Both the position numbers and the translations under genes were made by a program. From Puccinia triticina (lineage: Eukaryota): a DNA stretch of 64,000 bases. Of this stretch, positions 1 through 11,845 are shown one piece after another (the first letter of the stretch is position 1; the number at the start of each line of letters is the position of its first letter). The DNA lies in contig CP110439.1 of NCBI GenBank assembly GCA_026914245.1, positions 5,890,001 to 5,954,000 on the forward strand, read 5' to 3'. The notes under the pieces were generated by a model. That model was not told the DNA's origin and searched no databases. It saw only the letters and a list, made by a program, of their open reading frames with translations.

Positions 1-83
1 CTGCCGCATAAAAGATTTCCGGTCCACTGGCCCTCTGCTACGACTCTCCTGCTCTGTTCTCCAAGGTCCACATTAACCTGGTC

Positions 84-1808
84 TTGCCCTTGCGCCCCAC
101 AATCTCGTCTATAATCACTCCCACCAATGCTCCTCTGGGTGAGCAGCCAGGTGCTGAGGGAAACGGTGCCCCCCCGTCAAGCTCAGACGAGTCATGGATC
201 GCAGCTCTGGTGGATGGTCTGGTCCCCAAGTTTCAAGCCGATGGAAGCATGCAATCCGGTGATTCGGCCATGCAGACTGCAAACAAAGGCAAGTCAAGCA
301 ATGGTTGGCCTTACACAAGTTGATGAGACCAACCCCTGACCCAACTTCTGTGCACAGCCGAGGCAGCTCAACGCGCATCGGAGCCCGAGGATCTGTCCCG
401 GTTGGACCCTGCATTTGTTGTTGCCAAGGCGAGGAAATCTAGAACCAAAGCCGGAGAGGTCGAAGAAGGGCGGAAATCTGGGAGGCGGGCCAAAGGTATC
501 GCGCGTAAGAGTGCGCTTGCGGAGCACCACGATGCACTTTCTTGGAGTATCCAGAGTTTCATCAAATTCTTCCTTGGCAATCCTGACAAGCCTCAAGATT
601 ACCCGATAACTCCAACTGAACCGGAACTTGCAGGCCAATATTGGATGGAGAAGCAAAGTGCTGTTATCCTTCAACAGCTCGACAGAGTTCGCGCCGCTCT
701 TGTCGGCAAGCCGGCTGCTGAGATAGATTACTATGTCGGTGTTGCAGAGAAGGAAATTCGGAAAAATCTCACGCTACCACCTTTCACTTCTGCATCCATG
801 CAAGGTCCTGGGAAGGGCTGTAAACCAATAAGCCTGCCAGTCAAGGCTGATGTCGAGAGGACCTTAGCATTGGCAGGCATCTGTCGAGTCACCTTTCAGT
901 GGGATGCGACGCAGCCCGGGAGCAGCTCCGCGTGGAACTCAGCAATTATTGAGATCTTGGCCTTGAAGTCTGTAGATTGGATTTGTTGAACCACATCTGT
1001 CACCGATGAGCAGGCGGCTCAGGCACCCGCCATTATCCAACGATGGATCCACACCAAGTTGCGCGAACTTCGAGAATTCCAGAACATGGATGTCCCGACT
1101 TACAACGGGATCAAGAACCGCAAGGCTAAAGTGGACCAACACCAACGAATGCGCAAAAAGGTGAGATCATCCCATCTCCTGCCCCCCCAACCTTCTGACT
1201 TGCCGGATGAAATGGCTCACTCCTCGTGTGCTCCTGTGTGTCAGATCAAGGAAAATCAATGCTCCATGGTTGACAAGCTGTTCCAAACCAACATCCAACT
1301 TGCCAATATTGTCGAGCAGAGGGAGTGCGGCTCCGACATTGAAGACGCCGGGGAGAACATCGCCCCTCTCTCTCAGATCCCCGACTGGAGGAGTGATGAC
1401 CTCACAAGCATCTTACACTGCCTCGACAAGATGACCATTGCGCGCGGACAACATCACAAAACCGTTGCGGCCAATCAGAAACTCTATGCTCGCTCAAAAC
1501 GCAACTTCAAGAGCACTAAAGGCATAATAGGTGTTCCCTGCAGGCTACCTCTCGACTCTTACAGCAAACTTTATTGGACTAAGCTTGGCGCCTTTGAGCA
1601 GGATACTATCTCTAAAGTCCCGGCGATAGGTCTTGATGTCATTGCGCGTGATCTACTACTAGCTTGCCAGCCTGCCGCAGGACCTGCAGGCTCTGGCACT
1701 CCCGCAACTGCGCCAGCTGGAAACGTGGGATCCACGAGCACAAGCAGACCGCCCGCCGATGGGCACCTCGACGTTCAAACTGGTGGCCCGATGAACTTGG
1801 ATCGGTGA
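84..1808 (+). pseudogene. Intron-containing hypothetical protein gene with an in-frame stop; 5' end uncertain
   Basis: ORFs 402-989 and 1059-1808 share one frame, separated by TGA at 987-989 (tgt tga, consistent with CGA>TGA). In-frame 84-nt GT-AG intron at 1161-1244 (gtgaga...tcag). No domain recognised. Confidence 0.6.
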
Positions 1809-3337
1809 TTACCCACTCTAGCGGGTTGTTGGAAACGGTCCACGGATGATATGTAATGGAATGTTTTGTCCATCTTTTTGCTATAGATTACTGCCGTAGT
1901 GTGTAGGTTTTAGGAATGCAAGGGGAAACTCCTCTGTGCTGCGCCCTGTGAGACATCCAGTGTCCATCCCCTCCAGGCTGACGTTGTCAGGTTGGGAGGA
2001 GGGGATATTAGTGTCCAAAAACGGTGAGGCACATGATGCGATGGTCTGCCTGAGCCCTGTCAGTGCAGGTAACGTATTACCTGCACTGACAGGGTTCCCA
2101 AAGCCGCCTCATGAGAGGGTGAGGAAATGTCCACCGCAATGTTCGGCCAAACATCAAGGTGGACATCCCAGACCCGCGGGCCTCTGGGGCCCAACCCGAA
2201 GCTCGCTACCTCGCCAGGCCGGGCTATGAGAGCCATGTGGCCAGTGCAGCAGTGTGGTATATGTATGGAAATTTGAGCGGATACATTCTGATCCCTCGCC
2301 AAAAGGCATGATGCTCCTCATTCATCCCCGCGCAGTAGTTATCTCGCTCTGCATTCTGGAATTCTAAGGTTCCTGGACCTTTGATTAAGTTCTTGCTAAG
2401 TTTTGCCCACTGCAATCCAATGTCCACCATGATGTTTGGCCGAACATCACGGTGGACATCTGCGCAGAACGCTGCGCCGCGAACATCCGGGTTGCCGTAC
2501 CCTTTATTCCACATCTCCTGGAGACTGACCGGGTTGTGATAGCAATCCAGACTTACATCTCTCAGCCCTCAATGTCAAAGAGACTACGCAGTAGATTTTT
2601 GTGCATCAATAACCCCGATGATCGTAGTTGTCCCCAGGATGGCTTGGTCAGACCTTGATTTCACAGCCCGCTATCAGAGAATTGTTAATCCCACGCCCCG
2701 TCCGTGAAGACATGCTTGTGGACAACGTCAGCATTTCACCTCATGCCCTATCTGACAGTTTCAGGCCCGTCTTGGCCTGATGTTAGTCTTGGCTGCGAAG
2801 TTCAGCCAACCTCATGCACCGCCACGCGTCACCTTGCTTATTCGACTTGCTGATTGTTCTACATCCAATTTGCAAAGTGACCTAGCGCGGCGGAAGCTGA
2901 GTATCTTGCTGACCACGGCAACTGCAGCGCACTCTGCACACATGTGTTCAACTTCAAGCTGACGTTTAGGATCCCCACAGTCCCACAGCACACATGCTGA
3001 TGGTCAGCAGTCAGAGCATGCTGCTTGTGTCAGCGCTGCGTCAGCTCCCGTCTCAAACCCAGGACGCTGACAATCCCCTCAATAATTCCCTGTGCGCAGC
3101 TGGGCCCTAGGTATAACTAAACTCAAGCTTACTGCTCAGGCTAAGCCCATTTCAGCTGCAACATGGAACCTCGATCCACCACACAAAGGCTATGCAAGCT
3201 TTTCAATCACAAAGGCCTTTGGGTTGTCCTGAAAACCCACCATCACATCATAAATCGAGGCCACTGTCTCCCTGGCCCCATGTGTCTCACCGTCCCCCCA
3301 TCTGTCTTTGCTTCATATTTGTCACCTCACAACAAAA

Positions 3338-6062
3338 ATGTCGACCGCACCTCCTCCCGAACCTTTGCCTGCCACCGATTCCTCTGAATCAGATTCAGAG
3401 AAGGGGTCGCGACATTCATCCTTGACTCCACCTCCTAGTCAGCATTCTCACACTGCCTGCTCAGCTGCCATTCTGAACTCACCTCTCTGCTTTTGTCATA
3501 GCTGCTATAGACCATGCTCAGAACATTGCCACACCACTTGCTCCGCCATCATTTTATGAATTTGCTCTACAACACAAATCCGTCGCATGCCCAGCCTCAC
3601 TTACCCCGGCCGCATCAATCCTGCCCACGGAGATCCAGGAGATCACCCTGGAAGAATTCAGCCGTTCCATTGAGGCTGCCACCCGACCTGCCGATCATAT
3701 CCTTGCCCTCAAGCTCCCTCGCACCTGCAAACACGTCGCTGAAGAACTGGCTGCTACGCTCACCCAGAGCAAGCGACGTAAGGCCTCCCGATTCATGCCA
3801 CTTGTACATGACAGACCACATTCTCACTGACACCACAAGAAACACCACCTTTCTCTACCATACCAGAATGGCAGGAAACCGGCGCTGTTCCTCATGACGA
3901 AGACATCAAAATTACTATCCCGGGAGATCCTTCGGCGTCCACATCAAACCCACCCAGTACCTCCCGCCCACGATCACAAAGAAAACGGTCATCATTCAAG
4001 CCAGCGGATCTTCTCACTAAGAAACCACCCTCTATCAACCCCTTGATTCCATCAGCCAACAGCCAATCTGCACCTTCAAATACCATCACCACCACATCAA
4101 ACTCGGCTCCACCCCAGACAACTTCTTCCACCACACCTTCCCCACCAACCACCACCAACCAGGGTGACACGATAGCGCCAACATTCAACACAGGCAAAAT
4201 GTTGAGTTGTCTGTTAGTCTGCTACCATGATGTATCACCACAGTATGGAGGGCTGTTGGATCGAACCATGAGCACTACCAACCAACCACCCAGCTGGCAG
4301 CCACAAGCGTCTGTAGCCTAGTTGGTAAAGGCAGCACTCTAGTATGTGTCTCAGCATAGCTGAGGTCGTGAGTTCGACTCTCACCAGACACATCTTCATT
4401 TCACAGTCTCTACACAAAACAGCTAGCAGTCAGTCGGCACCAAGTTCCGGTCACCGTGTCCCTTTGCCTACTCCGGATTCAGCATCCAAAAATCTCTCAG
4501 CCAAAACTGACTCACGCGGCACAGGACCTGGCTCGGCCCCAGACCCAGCCGCTGATTGTCTTCATTCTCCTGGACTGGAAAAGGCCACATCACCCTCCCT
4601 TTTCAAGCCTGCCAGTCCTGCACCCGGCACCACTGCATCAGCCTCTGTCCAACAAGACTCAACAACTTCAGCAACCCCTTTGAACACCCAACAGTCAACC
4701 ACTTCAACCGCCGGCACAGGTCAGCTAACCATTCTCAAGTGCGACAATATCCGCGCGCAGGTCATCAGCATTCACAATAGTTTCAGCGGCACCAAACCAT
4801 CCTGGCCAAAATATCAGACGACTTGGCAATCAATTGCTCCTTTGCTTCAAAATTGTGCACAAGCTATGCACTCGCCAGCTCTGCCATCCCCAACACCTCC
4901 GTTGCAACGTACCGATTGCTCCTATGGCTTGTGGATACACACAATAACATCTCTTGGTGAGTCTATGGTGTGTACACTGCTGAACTGGATTAGAAATCTC
5001 GGAAAACTCACCATGTGTCCCCGCTCAGCCGACAAGTTCCTGTCCCCGTCTCAAAACGAGCAGTGGTACTGCCCCGATCAGATCAACTTTCCCAAGCTCA
5101 CGGCTTTTGGAGACAAGCAAAACAGTCTCAAACCTGGGTCATTTATTCCCACGGTTAATAAGACAGAGCACCCGGAATCAACCCTCGTCCGCTGCCTTTC
5201 CCGCCTTCTCCACCCTCCCCAACGGCTGCATATTGATTGGGCTCGGATTGTCGCTGCCTCTGTGGAGTTAATGGCTGACAATCTCTTCAAACCACCCCAG
5301 GTCAGCAGCATTCAAGCCAAAGATCATCTTTCTCACGGTGTTGAAGCCCTCTCCTTTCTTGAAGCGGTGAAGAACTCGTCATCCAGTTTTGACCAAGCTA
5401 GTGCTGACCCTGGCGCACCGGCTGCTCCGCGTTTGCACTCCGTTGATGTGCTGCACAAATTCCGCAACGTCATAATTGACGTGTTGATGGCCTACATTAT
5501 ATTTCAAACTCACGCGCTCAGTAAGGCACCCTTGACTGCGGCTGAGAAGAAGGCAAACAACCGGTCTAATCAAGCACCCATAGACGGCTTGACCACCACT
5601 ACCACATCAGTGCAGACCGCTACCTCGGAACTCGTTGAACTCCCTGCCGACGCCGCTCATCAGCTCCAGAAGTATCAACAAAAGCAAAATTTTCAACCAC
5701 TAGTCTATTTTGTCCTTGCCGGAGTCCGAGGTTTGTTCATTACGTCAAGGGACCACAGGATTGCCGGAATCTCGACGTGCATGTCTTTCCTCCAAGCAAT
5801 GTCCATCATCAAGGACCGTTCCACAACACCACACACCCCCGACGAACCCATCTGGAAAACTCTGTCGGCATACCTGTATCAGATATTTCTCCCAGTTTTT
5901 CAGTCCCCCGACAAAATCTGCCCCCTTCCTAATGTCCAAGTGCCCACTCGGTTTGAGCTTGCGGAGGCCATAACAAAATATTTCCTCAATCAGTGGCAGG
6001 CGTGGAACCCCACATCCCCATTCCTCCTCCCAAATGTGAATCCACAAATTACCAATACTTGA
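3338..6062 (+). CDS. Multi-exon hypothetical protein with a Ser/Thr/Pro-rich N-terminal half; intactness uncertain
   Basis: ATG at 3338 (aaaATG). Coding-like exon YEFALQ...QSKR ends at donor gtaagg (~3778). Long ORF 4344-6062 contains a probable intron starting gtgagt at ~4957. Confidence 0.5.
4307..4392 (+). tRNA. tRNA-like element or tRNA pseudogene; anticodon most likely AGT (Thr), anticodon arm defective
   Basis: Acceptor stem GCGTCTG/CAGACAC (6/7 pairs) plus A. D arm GCCT-AGTTGGTAA-AGGC. T arm GTGAG-TTCGACT-CTCAC. Variable loop AGGTC. A and B boxes present. CT-AGT-A lies at the canonical position, followed by 12 extra nt, and the anticodon stem does not pair. Confidence 0.65.
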
Positions 6063-8138
6063 CTCTTCCTCCCTGCCCCCCGGTCAAATCTTAGCCTTAG
6101 TTAATGTTTCAAAAAAATTTCAGTCCTGTGTTGAATGTGTTTGTTTCTCTGCTCTCCTTGCTGAGTAGTTCTCCTACCTACCCCAGCTTTATTTCCTGGT
6201 ACACTCAATAGTGTGATGGTTGTCTTGTAGCCCGCCGGCTTCACCGTAGCAATCAATCTGTTTCAAAGATTCCATGCACCCCTACTGGGCAAATGAATAA
6301 TATACATGGTATTTTTTGTAACTTAAATGAACACTCATTCCGATGAGAAGATCTTTCGCGCGCCCGTCTGGGCTTCTTTCCTTGCAGTCTCAGAACAAGA
6401 ATAGTCATCACGAATAAGAGAACAGAGGGCGTAAATCCAGAACGTAGAAACCGTAAGAAGCCGCTGGGGGAGCACACCTGTCCCAACCACCAGGCCCTTG
6501 CCATAATGTCTTACGCATGTTGCCGGTGAACTTTCTTCCTGTGTCTTCTTTGCGCTGGTGGCTTCCATCTGTCAACTCGGAGTTGAAATCTCGTTCTTGG
6601 ATTCGCCCTCAAGCCGTACACAGTTTTTTTGGATCGCGGCATCTTTGAAACATGCTTGACCTACACACAACACCCCATGTGAGAGATTGCAAACTGCCAC
6701 ATCAACCAGCAGACTACTTACACACAACTCATGGAATCTCCTGCCGGAGCCTGACACCCGCCTGGTGACACCTCCAATCCGAATAGAATCTCCCCGGCAA
6801 AGCGTTTGAAAACTGTCATGGGCTTGGAAATGGGTGGCCGTGAGTGTGAGATGGCCAAGCTTGGACTACGGAGATTGACTTCAGCACACTTCTATGTCCA
6901 CTTCCTAGGGGAAGGCCCATGATATCTGTCCTAATAGCAAATACTGACAAGATTCATCTCACTGTCTACAACTTCAACATCCCCGACACAGCCTACAATT
7001 GGATTCCAGTGGACCTTGACAACGTAGACTGTCCCAAAGGCCTTAGTCTCCTTGAATTCGTGGGCAAGAGAAAACTCGCCGCGGTGCACTTGCCATCCAA
7101 ACCGCTCGACCCGAATGATGGGGTGACTTGAATCAGATGGAACGACCAGTTGGCCGGAAAAAAAAAATTGACTGCAGAAGTCATATAGGATCGCTGGAAC
7201 TGTTGCCCCGGATGACTTTAACACAACTTGATACACAGGGTAGGCTGATATTGTGGAGGTGGGGTTGATCTGATGGGATGCAATGCAGGTCAAGATATGG
7301 ATTTCATTGCCGATAGTTTGTATGTTGTCTGGGTTAGTGTTGGACAGATGGATATTGCCTGCTACCTCGATCATTCTGAAAAAGATTGCGATTGAGAATT
7401 GCCCAAGCTTGTTGAGCATCTGCCGGGGTGGTAGAGGACTTCAGATATACTGTTAGTTTCAAGTGTGCTTTATCTGCCGGATAGTATCCCGACCAACAAC
7501 AATGCAAGGCATGTGGCCTTTGACCACTCCCTCCATCAAGAAAGGGCTAGCTTTGGGCACTGCCCGAGGTGTACATCCTCACAACCAAACCTAACCTTCA
7601 CTATGTGCAATCACACAGGACAGGCCCCACTTCCCTTTGAATCAACCTGCGTCAGCGGTTCTCAATTGCCCCGTTGAAATTGATGGGTGCCTTTTGTTTA
7701 TTGTGAGTTATACAAGATTTGGGGCGTCTGGAATGCCCTCGCATCCGCCCCCCTTTGTTGTGACCATCTTCAATGACTCGAGTGAGATTGTTTCGCTGTG
7801 GGCCAAGACCGGTTTGAGGAGGCGTCTCCACCATAATTCACGGCCGTGCATCGCAGTGGACATCGTCTCCTGCCTGTTGTGCGCATCTGTTCATTATGTA
7901 TGTATCATGTACTAAATCTCCTGCAACCTGGGCCTCACACATGCAAATATTTCTAACTCCATGCACTTCTGCGATATGATCTGGCCCCACGGGACCGGGC
8001 TCCAAAGGTTCCCCGCAGAACAAGTTCATATGTTGCAGCTCGTTGACCCAGTCAGGGATTAGTGCTTAATTCACATGCTGTGCCAGCTTCTAGATTGAGG
8101 AAGATGCTCGCTTGCCCATCGGAAATGCTCACATATGG

Positions 8139-8140
<2 letters not shown>

Positions 8141-8172
<32 letters not shown>
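8141..8172. repeat. Poly-G tract, about 32 nt
   Basis: Direct observation. Confidence 0.9.
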
Positions 8173-8173
<1 letters not shown>

Positions 8174-11100
8174 AGGCTACACCACCTCCCTCATAAGCCA
8201 GACACATAAATGACTTGCAAGAGCAAACGTGGGGCATATTAGGGAGAGGATCTTGGAGCTGCCGAGAACTTCATCACTGCCACCAAAACCCAATGACCTT
8301 GTGACGTGTTCTCTGGCGATCTGCACTGAGAGACCTCTATGACTGTGGCACTGTGTGGTTGTCACAATGCCCAGTCAGGCATGCTTGGCTAGTGTCCAGC
8401 CATGTAATACTTGGTCCAAATGACATCCTCCCGCGGAGAGATGGCTCGGTGGGTGACCAAGCTTCCGGATACTAAGGATAACTTCTGTTCCGCGTGTCCC
8501 CCGGCGAGCAGGAAACAATCATGAGGCTGGTCAATCTCAACAAGCGACCGGGGGGGACTGGTGGGAGGTGAAGATAAAATATTGTGACTGTGCTATACTC
8601 ATGCAGACTGTAATTGTCTGTAAGGAGCAGGTCTGCATGGCTCATGCATGCTACTGATGCATCTTGGCTTTGCTGCAAAGTGCCATTTCCACTAATGTGC
8701 CTGAAGTGTCTTCCTCCGGTTACCTAAAATCCTTGAGTTTGATCATGGTTGTCTCCAAATGCAGACTACCAAGGCGCAGATGATCCATTGATGTACTTGG
8801 GGTATGAGGATCCCCTGAACGCCTCAGATAAGTGATTGACTGAAATGGATCTTGTCAGACTGTGGTTCACCGGGCATCAGCGAGGAGGAAATAATTTGAG
8901 ATATATTCATATTGACCCACACAATCTTCCTGCTTCATGCCACACAGGCAAATTGCCCCCATGAATACACCTTCATCAAAATAGGAGACAGGGTCATCCT
9001 ATGATTGTTCAATGTCCCTCCTTTCTTTGTTGTTTCTGATGTGATCTAGTATCTAGTGATCAAGAGCTCAGGTGCTTGAGCATACACCTAAAAGAGTCTG
9101 AAAATGGATCAACATCTGAGCCCATCAATGCTCTCATCCCTGACATGAGCAGCTTGTGAATTCATCCATTGTCATTCCTGATTTCCTGCAGAAGCTGGCT
9201 GGAAATTTGATGGTGGCAAGAGCCACAGATGAGCGGCTGTTGACTAGAGGGGTGACATAATTGCCAGTATTTCTTGTTGATGGGATTCAGTACAGCCAGG
9301 CCCCACTTTGCCCCCACGGCAAATCCAATCTGGAGCTCTGTCTGGGTTCTGGAATAATGATACAAGCACACCCACCATGCTTGCTTGTGATTGCAAACAG
9401 GAAATTTCTGCCAGTCAGAGTGTCCCTTGTGTTGAAAAATTCTTTTGCTGGTGAGCACCAGGGAAAATTTTGACCCGAAATACCAGGGAGTGGGATTTCT
9501 CTGGATCCTTGGTGAAGATAGATGAGACAAACAACTGCTCTCAAGATTTCTTCCGGGAAAATCCAGATCTGTTGGTTGCAGGGTTGGGCAAGGGACCCTT
9601 GGCAAGATAGGACACCACTCACCAAATAAAGCCATACATTTTTCTACCTCACCCTGTTCATGGCCAACAAGATTGGGTATTAGGTGATTAATGAAGATGA
9701 ATCAAATGTTGGCCCTGCTCTGTTCCCCCTGCCATTGGGAATTTGGTATACACATTTCTGACTCATACCACACAAAACTGCAAGACCAGCATTGGATCAT
9801 TTAAGCACCCATGACACCCTTGCAGGGAATATGTGTTGGCACAGTGCCCCCAAACATTCAGACAGAACTTCACAATGGAGAGTTGTCAGACAGACTCTCA
9901 GCTCCCAAAAGAGGGTTTCTCTGCTACGTGACACAGAGCCAATGCACTAGCTTCAGAAGCACTTTTTCCAAATGCGGGGAATGTGGTGGATTCATCAAAC
10001 TCGCATCAAGTGGCTGGTTGGTTGCTCCTCATGTAGTGAGAATAAGGACCTACATTATTGTGCCGCAACATTGACTTTTGATAGTTGTGAGATCATGAAC
10101 AGAAGCATGCCAGCAGCAGTCCTGCCTAACTCAAGATTCTGGAGAAATGGTGGCACCCTTCCAACATGGCAATGGGGCCAAAGACCTCTGCACTCTTGCA
10201 TGTATATGTGGGCCAATTTATAATTGACCCCCAAGTGACACAACAGTATCTGTTTTGACACAACTTTATCATCAGGTGCTCCGTTTTACCTGTTGGTTGG
10301 AGCCCCATGAGCTAACTCAATATACAGTGTCATTTTGCGCCACATGTGACATTAACCACATGGACTCAATCGCAACATCAGAATGACTTCAACATACCTT
10401 CAACTTGCAATGCAGCAAACACACCCATATCATGAGTCAATAATCATTTATGAGTGTTTTTATCATCCATCTGATTTCCAATGTGGTTGAACATCAGTTC
10501 AAGATAGACACAAGGTTTAGTCACACATTCTTCAATAGTTGACATCAGACACCGTTCCTGGAGGAACATATGGTCCGGCACTCTCTAGAGAGTGCCACAC
10601 ATTCCCCCCTGGTGTCAGGGCCCCAACTTCACTCCCACCCTATCCGGCCAAAGCGGTGGTGGATTCTTTTGCCGAGTCTTAGATCGATCCCCCTCCAACA
10701 GTTTGGCCAACAACAATGATTTTTCACCTCCTGCTATTCCACCCCCACTCCAACTAGACGTTAATCCCCCTAATACCCCCGCTCCAAATACTAAGCCCGC
10801 CCACAAAAAACGTGCCCCTCGAGCCAGAAACACTACAATTCCTGTGTCTCCATCGACGTCACAGGTGTCCCACCCCCCTCCGCGCGACCCTACCCCCGAG
10901 CCTGACCTTAGTCAGTTTCAAGGTCGCAACAAGAGATCCAAGCTATCAGCCAAAACAATGGAGAAGATCCGGCATCAGCCACTTGATACACTCTGCCGTA
11001 TCGTTGTTAAAGACCCGGAGTATAAGCGCCTCACCATCACCGATAAGCTAGAACTGGATGAGGCATACCTTGATTACCAGTCCGCTGTCCATCTCATTGC

Positions 11101-11845
11101 TATTAAGAATAAGCTTGAAATCAAACCAGTGTTGCACTATCTCGTAAACAAAGTGCGCATCCGCGGTGGAAATTGCTACAATCACTACCAAGATGGATGA
11201 ATTTGCGATGTCGTATATTGATCAATTTTTTTTTTATTATTCCTCTTGATACCTTTGTCTGTTTTCCATGTCTCCTTGATACTATTCTATAATCTCTCTC
11301 CTTCTGCCTGTGTTAGCTTCAAGCCACAGGAATTTTCTTTTTTCTTTTGCCTGATAACATTCATAAATTTCTACATACACCACTCAATTCTTCCTGAAAA
11401 AAAGACGTTGCAAGCTTTAGGATTAATCCAGGGTAGCTGAGGGGTCTCAAATTTTTTTTCTTTTTTTTTTTTTTACTTCAACAATTGATGTTATCAGAAG
11501 TCTCCAAATTGACTTTTTTTCAAAAGAGGAAAAAACATTGACCCCTGACCTCTCTCATGATACCATCCTGCACACATTTTTAATTTGGTTGGTTGAACTT
11601 GCTCAAGATATTGCATATCATACTTGAAGTGCTACATGCATAGAAGGCCTTTTTGAAATTAGTCTACGATGGTTTAGCATATTTTTGTCAGGTTCTTTTT
11701 TTTATCTACTTTTGTTATCAACCACAGATTAATGAGGAATATTTCCACATAGAATTTCATCGGACAATTTTTCTGCATATGAAACCAAGAAATATTTTAA
11801 AATATAATTTATTTGGGGTCGCATCCATTATGCAGCAGCAACAAT

